Shown here in pieces: positions 35,974-44,355 of a DNA stretch of 64,000 bases. Origin of the DNA: Candidatus Nanoarchaeia archaeon (GTDB taxonomy: Archaea; Nanobdellota; Nanobdellia; WJKC01). Positions within the stretch are counted from its first letter, which is position 1, and each line of letters starts with the position of its first letter. The translations under genes and the position numbers were made by a program. The notes under the pieces are model-generated. The model did not search any database and had not been told where the DNA came from. It saw only the letters and a program-made list of their open reading frames with translations. The DNA lies in assembly GCA_041653515.1 (NCBI GenBank), contig JBAZFG010000004.1, positions 6,568 through 70,567 on the forward strand, in the 5' to 3' direction.

Positions 35974-36070
35974 GTCAGGGAGATGGGACATTCTTATTTC
36001 TCCTGGTTCAAACCCACGAACGAAGTGAAGTGGGTGCCTGAACGAAGTGCAATGTGTCCAGTAGATAGGA
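35974..36070 (+). repeat. Degenerate third member (element B) of the tRNA-downstream structured element family. No tRNA present.
   Basis: GTCAGGGAGATGGGACA (a tRNA 3'-end-like remnant) + CATTCTTATTTCTCCTGGTTCAAAC + hairpin CCCAC-GAACGAAGTGAA-GTGGG + GTGCCTGAACGAAG. Covaries with element A. Confidence 0.7.
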
Positions 36071-36126
36071 TAATCTTTTTTTGAATAATCAGTTTTATAA
36101 GCCACATCACTACTCTAAATTTATTT

Positions 36127-37371
36127 GTGAACAAGTTTTATTCGTTAATCTTTATAGTATTACTAGCTGGTTGTATCAAAGTTAATACACAAAGTAATGC
36201 CTGCACGCCTAACTGGCAGTGCACTGATTGGATTAACTGCCTACAAGGCAATCAGAATCGGACTTGCACTGATATTAATGATTGTAATAATAACATGAGC
36301 AAGCCTGATTTAACTAAAAAATGTGATGAACAATCTTGTAATTCTTACAAGCCAAACGTGGTTTATAACATGGCTTTCGTTTTGTTCAGCAGTCCTGACA
36401 GCAGTCCTGCATCAAGTGAAGAATTAAGCAGATTAAATGAATCAATAATCCTTGCTCAAGATAAGTGGAATGAAATAACTCCTGGGCTTAGCTTAAGAAT
36501 AAAATTGTACTTGATTAATGTTTCACGGTTCGCAACAACAGAGCCAATTCGTGCTGTAAATACTTTTTATGATTATTATCCTCTGGAAAACCAGAATTAT
36601 GACGCAATAGCTTTTATGGATACTTGGACTAACAATGATTATTACTGTAGCAGTAATAATTTCCTTAAGGATGATGTGGACACTCTTTTCGGCATTAATA
36701 ATTGCAGTTTAAGACAGGTTATTTTCCTAACAAGTATACATAACCCTTGCAGTGCTATTAATAATTTAGATGCTTATCAAATTGCTACTATTATAATTCA
36801 TGAAACAACTCATCACTGGGCAGTGCAATTACCAGTTGTTTTCTTAGATGGTAACTCAAGTGACACTTCATCACCAGCAAGCCTCTTAGATTCTTACAAA
36901 GTTCACTGGAGTGATTATGTTAACTCCTCGTTTGACCCGTTGGGTGGTAATTTATTTGAATTAAATAATAGCACTTTTACTGTGGTTGCTCACTCCTTGC
37001 GCTTAATCTGGCCTAATGAAAATGATTCTAAATACACTTTTGATAACATGAAGAGACTTGACTTAGAGTTATTCATGATGGGGTTAAAGACTAGAGAGGA
37101 AGTTAGTAATGTAAGATTAATGACTAATTGCAATAATTATATATGTTCATCATACCATGATTTCAGCGTGGATGATATCCTGCCTATAAATATGGCAACA
37201 ATAACCCCTAGCCTTCCGGGAGACACTGATGGGGATGGAATTTATACGTGGGCTGAGCTTGAAGGAACACTTGGTTACAAGTCTGACCCCTTTAATAAGG
37301 ACACTAACCAAAATGGGATTGATGACTTAAGTGAAATACTCAATGGACAAAACCCATTGTTATGTCAATAA
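36127..37371 (+). CDS. Lipoprotein, putative secreted zinc metalloprotease (HExxH) with N-terminal 6-Cys module and C-terminal Ca-binding-like D-rich repeats
   Basis: Lipobox LLAGC. CTPNWQCTDWINC...RTCTDINDCNNN. IIIHETTHHW (HExxH). DTDGDGIYTW..DTNQNGIDD. Confidence 0.5.
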   Translation: MNKFYSLIFIVLLAGCIKVNTQSNACTPNWQCTDWINCLQGNQNRTCTDINDCNNNMSKPDLTKKCDEQSCNSYKPNVVYNMAFVLFSSPDSSPASSEELSRLNESIILAQDKWNEITPGLSLRIKLYLINVSRFATTEPIRAVNTFYDYYPLENQNYDAIAFMDTWTNNDYYCSSNNFLKDDVDTLFGINNCSLRQVIFLTSIHNPCSAINNLDAYQIATIIIHETTHHWAVQLPVVFLDGNSSDTSSPASLLDSYKVHWSDYVNSSFDPLGGNLFELNNSTFTVVAHSLRLIWPNENDSKYTFDNMKRLDLELFMMGLKTREEVSNVRLMTNCNNYICSSYHDFSVDDILPINMATITPSLPGDTDGDGIYTWAELEGTLGYKSDPFNKDTNQNGIDDLSEILNGQNPLLCQ

Positions 37372-37524
37372 ATAAAACATTGTATTCTAGCATGAAATAT
37401 AATATCATTTCTTATTATTTTGATTCAAACCTAAAGAAATGAGGGTAAATTTGGTTAAAACATGAGTCTTATGACGTGAGTGACCCTACCTTTTTATAAC
37501 TATTAAGTGTGTTTCATTCTTTCT

Positions 37525-38391
37525 ATGAAAACCACTGACTTGATTGATAAGCTTGATAATGACTTCAAATTAAGCTCTTTAAGTGATGATTGGAGTGATT
37601 GGCCTGAATTAAAAAGTAATTCTTATGTTACTGATAAATTCAAGAAGTGTTACATGGGATTAATAGCTGATAATGCTTCTGAAATTGAAAGTATTTATAC
37701 TGCTGTGTTCCCAAGCAAGCAAGTCTTTAGTGAGTTAAAAAACGTTAATAATGCTTTATTAATCACTCATCACCCAATGAAATGGGATATAAGAGTTAAA
37801 CCCGCTTTCACCCCGATTAGTAATAAAGAATTTAGCTTGCTTAAGAAGAATAAGATATCTTTTTACAATCTGCACGTGCCACTTGATGCTAATGGAACTT
37901 ACTCCACCAGTGTTAATCTGGCCCGAGCGTTAGGGGCTGGTTTGCTTAAAAAAGAATTCTTTGATTATCATGGAGTTAAAGTCGGTGTTGTCAGCAAGAT
38001 TAATGAAAAAACGGTTCAGGAATTAAAAGATAAGTTCAGCGCATTATTAGGTCATGAGATTGGTTTGTATAATTATGGTAATCAAGTGATTACTAAAGGG
38101 CTTGTTGGTTTTGTTGGTGGTGGGGGCCTTAATGTTGAGTCATTAAATGACTTAAATAAAATAGGAGTTAACACGTTAGTGACTGGTGTCACTGCGGTTA
38201 ATAGTTATTCAAAACCAATGCATGAATTAGCCAATAAGTATAAGATTAATATTTTAGGCGGTAGCCATTACTCAACTGAGAAGTTCGCGTGCGTTAAGCT
38301 ATGTGATTACTTCAAAAAGAGGAATTTAACTGCCCAATTCATAGAGGAAAATATTAAAAACAATCTTGATTGGATAAAAGCGGATTTATAA
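37525..38391 (+). CDS. NIF3-family metal-binding protein
   Basis: HHPMKW and GGSHYSTEKFA match the NIF3 HHP and GHYxTE blocks. Start set at ATG 37525 (MKTTDLIDKL). Confidence 0.6.
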   Translation: MKTTDLIDKLDNDFKLSSLSDDWSDWPELKSNSYVTDKFKKCYMGLIADNASEIESIYTAVFPSKQVFSELKNVNNALLITHHPMKWDIRVKPAFTPISNKEFSLLKKNKISFYNLHVPLDANGTYSTSVNLARALGAGLLKKEFFDYHGVKVGVVSKINEKTVQELKDKFSALLGHEIGLYNYGNQVITKGLVGFVGGGGLNVESLNDLNKIGVNTLVTGVTAVNSYSKPMHELANKYKINILGGSHYSTEKFACVKLCDYFKKRNLTAQFIEENIKNNLDWIKADL

Positions 38392-38444
38392 AAAAAATTG
38401 CTTTTCAAAATCATTATAAAACCATTCTTCCTTAGGATTAATCA

Positions 38445-39701
38445 GTGTTTAAGGGTTATTTATTAGCAGGGACTTTATTATTAATAGTATTAATCGCTGG
38501 TTGTGCTACTAACACGCCAGCAGTGACTAATTGTAATGATTATTGTTTATTAGAATCACATGAATCTTGCGATGGTGAATGGAGTATTAGTGGTGAGTAC
38601 CCTAATTGCACTTGTGGTTGGGTTTGTGATGATACTTGCACGCCTGACTGGAGTTGCACTGAATGGAATGATTGTAACGTAACTAATTTACAGACAAAGC
38701 ATTGTATTGACTTAAATGAATGCGGGATTAACACAAACAAACCAGCTGAGTCGCAAGCTTGCACTTTCATTAATTTTTGTGATTCAATCAGCAGCGCTAA
38801 CCTGAAAGCTAATTGCAACGCGTTCTTGTACAATGATGTTAGTAAGTGCCCAACTGAATCAACCACTTTTTATGAGAACTGTGCTTATGATTTGGCAAAG
38901 ATTACTTTTAATATCACTGTTTGTGATTCAATCAACACTACTTACACTAGGAATGTTTGTAAAGCAATAGTTAAGAATAACTTGGCTTATTGTAATATTC
39001 TTATACCAATAAACAGGACTCAATGTTATGAAGATGTTTACGCGTTCCTTAATTATCGGGCTAGTTTTGAGAATAATTCTTATTATTGTGGTTTAATAAT
39101 TAACACAACTCTTTACCCTAATTGCGCTAACCAACCAACAAGGAATACTTACTTGAATCATTATAGTAATTACAGTATTTGTGAGCGCTACTTCTTTGAT
39201 TATAACAGCACTGATTATCAGAGCATCTTTGCTTGTTATTCTTATCATGTTAAAACAGATAACACTAAAACTGTTTGTGAAAGCATAAAGAACATTGTTA
39301 ATATGACTGACTTATTCTATGATGAGTGCATAGCACTAGCGGATAATAATATTACTTATTGTTATGATTTTAATGGAACCCTTAGGGATCGTTGCTTGGC
39401 TAATTTTGCTTATTTACGAAACGACACTGATATTTGTCGCGACGCGTCTAATCGTGATAATTGTAATCAAATTGTTTGCGGTGAATTTGGCTACATTAAT
39501 TTCTGCGATATGTTAACTACTACTGTCACGCGCAACGTTGAGGTTTATAATTTAGCTATTGCTTGCTTATCAAATAACTGGGCTTCATGTAACATGGGTT
39601 ATTGTGATTTATTAACCGACCAAGTGTTAAAGGATTCATGTATTTACTATATTTATCGTTATGAGAAAATGCTTGGTTATAATTACAGAAATTATATTTG
39701 A
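38445..39701 (+). CDS. Cysteine-rich lipoprotein, paralogous N-terminal module to the 36127 gene product
   Basis: Lipobox LIAGC. Shared module CTPDWSCTEWNDCNVTNLQTKHCIDLNECGINTNKP. More than 50 Cys overall. Confidence 0.5.
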   Translation: MFKGYLLAGTLLLIVLIAGCATNTPAVTNCNDYCLLESHESCDGEWSISGEYPNCTCGWVCDDTCTPDWSCTEWNDCNVTNLQTKHCIDLNECGINTNKPAESQACTFINFCDSISSANLKANCNAFLYNDVSKCPTESTTFYENCAYDLAKITFNITVCDSINTTYTRNVCKAIVKNNLAYCNILIPINRTQCYEDVYAFLNYRASFENNSYYCGLIINTTLYPNCANQPTRNTYLNHYSNYSICERYFFDYNSTDYQSIFACYSYHVKTDNTKTVCESIKNIVNMTDLFYDECIALADNNITYCYDFNGTLRDRCLANFAYLRNDTDICRDASNRDNCNQIVCGEFGYINFCDMLTTTVTRNVEVYNLAIACLSNNWASCNMGYCDLLTDQVLKDSCIYYIYRYEKMLGYNYRNYI

Positions 39702-39744
39702 ATAGTAATCCTTAAAAATAGGTCTTTGGTTTCATTTTACAATT

Positions 39745-39817
39745 GCTTCGGTAGTCTAGTGGTCTAGGATCTCGGACTGTCGATCCGGGGACCCGGGTTC
39801 AAATCCCGGCCGGAGCG
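39745..39817 (+). tRNA. tRNA-Asp (GTC), no intron
   Basis: Acceptor GCTTCGG/CCGGAGC. D-arm GTCT-AGTGGTCTA-GGAT. Anticodon stem TCGGA/TCCGG with loop CTGTCGA. T-arm CCGGG-TTCAAAT-CCCGG. Discriminator G. 73 nt. Confidence 0.85.
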
Positions 39818-39880
39818 GTTAAAACAAGCGACGGCAGGGGCCTGGAATTTATTCCAGTGCACCGGCCGAAGCGATTATCT

Positions 39881-40342
39881 TTATAATTTATACTTACTTA
39901 ATATTGAATTAACCTTTAAGTCAAGCTTAGAAAAACGCTCACTATCAGGTTTGCATTTCAAGGCATAAGTTAAGTAATGATTTATCAAGCTTAAAGCATT
40001 AGTTAATTCCTCTTCTTTACCAGAATAATCAGGGGCTTTAATTGCTAATAAATTAATTAATTCTTCAGCAAAACTTATGCAAACATCATGAAAAACGTTT
40101 CTAAACACTGCTTCAAATATTGGTTTATCATCTAATTCTTTAATGACTTGTTGTTTCAATGATTTATTAACAGTGGTCTCATAAAAGGATGATTGAACAA
40201 TTATCTCATAAAGGTAAAGAATATTTCTATTCGGATTAAGCGCTTTCTCATCATCAATGATTAATAATGCTTCATCAAGATTACAATAATAAACTTGTTT
40301 AGCAATCTTTTGAATAAGGTCCATAAAGAAGAAAACTATCAT
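39881..40342 (-). CDS. Hypothetical protein
   Basis: 153-aa ORF. Confidence 0.35.
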   Translation of the reverse strand: MIVFFFMDLIQKIAKQVYYCNLDEALLIIDDEKALNPNRNILYLYEIIVQSSFYETTVNKSLKQQVIKELDDKPIFEAVFRNVFHDVCISFAEELINLLAIKAPDYSGKEEELTNALSLINHYLTYALKCKPDSERFSKLDLKVNSILSKYKL

Positions 40343-40446
40343 TAAAAGCTTATTAACTTATTGACAAAACTTATAAAACAAACAATATTTTTCTAAATGA
40401 TAATAATGAGTCTGGCTTCTCGGAGAAGACGCATTATACAAATAGT

Positions 40447-40586
40447 GGGCCCGTAACTCAGTCTGGTTAGAGTACTTGGCTTTTACGTCGCTACGCTCCT
40501 CCGTCCTTACGGACGGACGCTCGCTTGCTAAAACAAGCGGTGACGAGGATACCAAGGAGTCGCGGGTTCGAATCCCGTCGGGCTCA
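40447..40586 (+). tRNA. tRNA-Lys (TTT) with 65-nt GC-rich intron at 37/38
   Basis: Acceptor GGGCCCG/CGGGCTC (G2:U71). D-arm ACTC..GAGT. Anticodon stem CTTGG/CCAAG. Loop CTTTTA|A. Intron 40486-40550. T-arm GCGGG-TTCGAAT-CCCGT. Discriminator A40586. Confidence 0.75.
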
Positions 40587-40747
40587 CATCCTCAAGGAGG
40601 GGGACTCCCCCTCCTTTAGAGATAATTCTCCCCCGATAAGTTGCGCCAAAGGCGCTAACCAATAAGTGGGTTCAAACCAACGGAGCTCTGCGAAGTTAGT
40701 GCCTGAACGAGCGAATAACAAAGTTCAGAGCATCCCGTCGGGCTCAC
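40572..40747 (+). repeat. tRNA-Lys 3'-end duplication flanking a 144-bp structured insert (element C)
   Basis: 16-bp direct repeat ATCCCGTCGGGCTCAC at 40572-40587 and 40732-40747. Insert includes the perfect 23-nt palindrome AAGGAGGGGGA-C-TCCCCCTCCTT (40594-40616), the T-arm mimic GTGGGTTCAAACC, and the conserved arm GTGCCTGAACGAGCGA...CAGAGCA. Confidence 0.8.
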
Positions 40748-40932
40748 TCAACCCCTTTCTTTTACAAAGAAAGTGGTTTGATCCCCAAAGAAACTATTTG
40801 ATTCGAGCTAACGCTCGAAAGTTATTTACTAAAGAATTGCGCCAGAAGCGCTAATAAACTGGCTCAAACCCAAGGGGTGATGGCAAATAATAATAGTAAA
40901 ATTTATAATGATATCAAACGAATAAAAACATC

Positions 40933-41325
40933 ATGAAAATTGATTTTGATAATTATAGTAAAATAATTCCAGGTAGTATACCAGCACTCTACCAATCAGG
41001 CAGTGATATTATTTGCTATAAATTACTTAATGGCGAAAAAGTTAACAATAACCCTGAATTTTTTATTGAAAGATTATCAATGATAACAGGCATCCAAAAA
41101 AGCGAATTATTCAATGAACGCACTACTCTGGTCAGTAAGTCTGGGAAAATATTTGATAACTGGTGTGCACAAGAACACAAAGAAATAATACCTGCATGGA
41201 TTACTAAAACTATTGACAACAAAATTAAAGGATTGTTTATAGACTCTGATTATATTTGGTCACCCAACCAATCTAATAATAAAAGGAACGAATTATTCCA
41301 GCAATTCTTAGATATATTCTATTAA
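40933..41325 (+). CDS. Hypothetical protein
   Basis: 130-aa ORF. Confidence 0.35.
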   Translation: MKIDFDNYSKIIPGSIPALYQSGSDIICYKLLNGEKVNNNPEFFIERLSMITGIQKSELFNERTTLVSKSGKIFDNWCAQEHKEIIPAWITKTIDNKIKGLFIDSDYIWSPNQSNNKRNELFQQFLDIFY

Positions 41326-41330
41326 GTTAT

Positions 41331-42059
41331 TCATTTTCTCATTACTCTTGACTCGAATGGGATTTTATTTTCTTTAAGATTATGGTAAAAATCCTGTTTT
41401 GATAAAGGGTGTTTGTATAACTGGCCTGGTTTTTTTACCTGATAAAAAGAGGGTCTATTAGACAGAAAAGAAAGTTCATAGACACAATTGTCCTTGAATA
41501 AATATTTATTAGACAAACGATTAATTAATCGATTAAGAATTATTATCTCATCAGGATTAATTGTTGATTTTATTAACTCATGACCAGACGCACTTAACTT
41601 AATTATTGTCCGCTCAGCTTCCAAACGGTCAATATTAAAGTGATTGCCTTTAACTGCTTCAATAATATAAGCGCCGTTTTGGGGCATTAGGTTAAGCGAG
41701 AACAAGTAATCAGTCTCAGGTGTCCATTCTTGAATAATAATAAAACCATCAGAGTAACCGCCATGTTTTTCTGATAAGAATACTAAAGCTTCTCTCATTT
41801 TGGATAATATTAATTCATCATCATTAGCGTCAAGGTTAGGCGCTAAGAATAATTTAAATTCAGGGCGACCTGCTAAGCCAACTCTAACGCAAGCTAACTG
41901 ACAATTAATTTTTGATTTAAAATTACGCAAGCCATCACGCAAGAATGATTCAATCTCATCAGGCCTAACGCCATTAAGGTCAAGGGCGTAAAAACTATTA
42001 TGAGGAAAACCCATAGATGATAATTCAAGCATACTATACAATTTGTTGCTCATTATCAT
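41331..42059 (-). CDS. Hypothetical protein (possible ATP-grasp-like fold, weak)
   Basis: 242-aa ORF, no firm motif. Confidence 0.35.
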   Translation of the reverse strand: MIMSNKLYSMLELSSMGFPHNSFYALDLNGVRPDEIESFLRDGLRNFKSKINCQLACVRVGLAGRPEFKLFLAPNLDANDDELILSKMREALVFLSEKHGGYSDGFIIIQEWTPETDYLFSLNLMPQNGAYIIEAVKGNHFNIDRLEAERTIIKLSASGHELIKSTINPDEIIILNRLINRLSNKYLFKDNCVYELSFLSNRPSFYQVKKPGQLYKHPLSKQDFYHNLKENKIPFESRVMRK

Positions 42060-42088
42060 TAGATTAATTAATAACTTACTTATATAAT

Positions 42089-42529
42089 ATGATTGAAATG
42101 AAACTAACTGCGGTTGAGCCGTGCATTTTTTGTCGGATAATCAAAGGCGAGTTACCATCATATAAAGTATATGAGGATAATAAGTCAATAGCTTTCCTTG
42201 ACATTTATCCTATTAATGAAGGTCATTTACTTGTCATGCCAAAAGAGCATTACAAGACGATTACTGATATGCCATGTAAATTAAACAAGCACTTAGCAGG
42301 TGTTGTCTGGGAATTAGTCCTCAGGTTACAGAAAACACTTGACCCGCCTGGAATAAAAATAATTCAAAATAATAATGAAGCCGCAGGCCAAGAAGTGCCA
42401 CATTATCATATTCACTTATTGCCAAGGTATGAAGGCGATGGTGAGCGTTATAAAGAAACTACCCTTAGAACAAAAGCGAATAAGGATAAATTACTGAAAT
42501 TACAGGAAAAGTTACAAAAAAAGAGCTAA
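42089..42529 (+). CDS. HIT-family (histidine triad) hydrolase
   Basis: PHYHIHLLP HxHxHxx motif. Confidence 0.75.
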   Translation: MIEMKLTAVEPCIFCRIIKGELPSYKVYEDNKSIAFLDIYPINEGHLLVMPKEHYKTITDMPCKLNKHLAGVVWELVLRLQKTLDPPGIKIIQNNNEAAGQEVPHYHIHLLPRYEGDGERYKETTLRTKANKDKLLKLQEKLQKKS

Positions 42530-42569
42530 CGAAAGATTTAAAAAGGCTAGTAATTTGTTTTTCTCAATA

Positions 42570-42869
42570 ATGGCTTCTAATAAGAAAATTCCTGTAAAAG
42601 AAAAAGAACAAGAAGAAACTGTCAAGGATTTGAAAAGAAGCATTAATGAACATAAGCTCGTGCCCCCTCATAGGATAATTAATGATGAGGAAAAACAAAA
42701 ATTACTGATTGATTTTAAGGTTAGATTAAAAAACTTACCTAAAATAAGCATTAAAGACCCTGTTGTTAAAACACTTAAGGATGCAAAGGTTGGTGATGTT
42801 GTTGAGATTAAGCGCAGAAGCGTTACGGCAGGCGAGTCAATGTATTACCGAGTGATAATTAATGATTAG
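42570..42869 (+). CDS. rpoH: RNA polymerase subunit H (Rpb5 homolog)
   Basis: KHKLVPPHRIIND...VGDVVEIKRRSVTAGESMYYRVI. Start set at ATG 42570 (the track ORF starts at a TTG). Confidence 0.8.
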   Translation: MASNKKIPVKEKEQEETVKDLKRSINEHKLVPPHRIINDEEKQKLLIDFKVRLKNLPKISIKDPVVKTLKDAKVGDVVEIKRRSVTAGESMYYRVIIND

Positions 42870-44355
42870 TAAAAAATTATTGAAAGCATACCACAAGGAT
42901 CGTTTGACTAACCAGTTTAATCTAGATTCTTTTAATAAATTCATTAATGAAGGAATGCAATTAGTTATTGATGAAGTTGGCAACGTGTTACCTGATATCT
43001 TGCCATCTAATGTTAGAGATTTTGAAATTAAATTTGGTAAGGTTTGGATAGAGAAGCCATGTATTGTTGAATCAGATGGTACTCGTAGGGAGATAATCCC
43101 AATGGAAGCCAGACTTAGGGATATTACTTATGAATCACCAATACTTCTTGAGATGTATTACTTAAAGAATGGAGTTAAGAGTGAAAAACAAATTATTAAT
43201 ATTGGCCATATACCAATAATGGTTAAAGGATCTGCTTGCACGCTTAATGGTTTAAAGCGGGATGAATTAATTGAGAAAAAAGAAGACCCTGATGACCCTG
43301 GCGGTTACTTTATTATTAACGGCACTGAACGTGCTATCGTAATCATTGAGGACTTAGCGCCTAATAGAATGTTTGTTGAGAGGAAAGCAACTGGTAAGTA
43401 TACTGAGATTTGTAAGGTTTTCAGCGAGGATGCTCAATTAAGGATTCCTCATGTAGTTCAAAAGGATAAGAGTGGTATGATAACAGTTAGTTTCACTCGA
43501 ATGAAAAATATTTCATTTACATTGTTAATGAAAGCACTTGGTATTTGCAGTGATAAGGATATTGTTAAAGCAATTAACCCGACTGAGAAGATGATGAGTG
43601 AGTTGTATACTAACTTGTATGAAACAGCGTCTATTAAAGATCACGCTGATGCATTAAGCACTATTGGTAAGAAGATTGGTGGCAGTAAACGTGAGGAGAT
43701 TAATGTTGAGAAAGCTATTAGGATGATGGATAAGTACTTATTCCCTCATATTGGTCATGAAGAAAGCGACCGATTACGTAAAGCGTATTACTTGGCTAAT
43801 ATGGTTAAGAAATTATTAAAATTATCTTATGGTCTTGTTGAAGAGGATGATAAAGACCATTATTCAAACAAGCGATTAAGATTATGCGGTGATATGATGG
43901 AAGGATTATTCAGGTATTCATTCAGAATATTAGCAAGCGATATGAAATATAATTTTGAGCGATTAGTCAAACGAGGTAAATTGCCAGGTTTACAAGCAAT
44001 TACCAGACGACAGTTATTAACTTCTCGAATAAAGAGCAGTCTTGCTACTGGTGAATGGGTTGGCGGCAGACATGGTGTTAGTCAGCACTTGCAGCGAAAT
44101 AATTTTGTGGCAACAATCTCTCATCTAAAGAGGGTTGTTAGTTCATTAAGTTCTGCTCGTGAGAATTTTGAGGCAAGGGACTTACACCCAACTCAATGGG
44201 GCAAGCTTTGTGCTTCAGAAACACCTGAAGGTCAAAACGTTGGTTTAAGAAAAACTTTAGCAATCACTTGTGAAATTAGCACTCAGGTTAACAATGATGA
44301 CAATGATAATATCATTAAATCAATTAGTGAATTAGGAGTGAAGGTGATTAAATAA
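42862..44355 (+). CDS. rpoB2: RNA polymerase subunit B'' (N-terminal half of split B)
   Basis: 497 aa, N-terminal RNAP B domains. Gene order rpoH-B''-B'-A'-A''. Confidence 0.9.
   Translation: MISKKLLKAYHKDRLTNQFNLDSFNKFINEGMQLVIDEVGNVLPDILPSNVRDFEIKFGKVWIEKPCIVESDGTRREIIPMEARLRDITYESPILLEMYYLKNGVKSEKQIINIGHIPIMVKGSACTLNGLKRDELIEKKEDPDDPGGYFIINGTERAIVIIEDLAPNRMFVERKATGKYTEICKVFSEDAQLRIPHVVQKDKSGMITVSFTRMKNISFTLLMKALGICSDKDIVKAINPTEKMMSELYTNLYETASIKDHADALSTIGKKIGGSKREEINVEKAIRMMDKYLFPHIGHEESDRLRKAYYLANMVKKLLKLSYGLVEEDDKDHYSNKRLRLCGDMMEGLFRYSFRILASDMKYNFERLVKRGKLPGLQAITRRQLLTSRIKSSLATGEWVGGRHGVSQHLQRNNFVATISHLKRVVSSLSSARENFEARDLHPTQWGKLCASETPEGQNVGLRKTLAITCEISTQVNNDDNDNIIKSISELGVKVIK

Noticed and set aside
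35911-36105. 64-aa ORF on the minus strand
   Set aside because: Overlaps element B (tRNA-end remnant plus hairpin). Likely spurious.
40358-40555. 65-aa ORF on the minus strand
   Set aside because: It lies entirely within tRNA-Lys and its intron. Spurious.
40666-40854. 62-aa ORF on the plus strand
   Set aside because: It sits inside the structured repeat region downstream of tRNA-Lys, overlaps element C and the duplicated tRNA 3' end, has no RBS and is low-complexity. Probably not coding.
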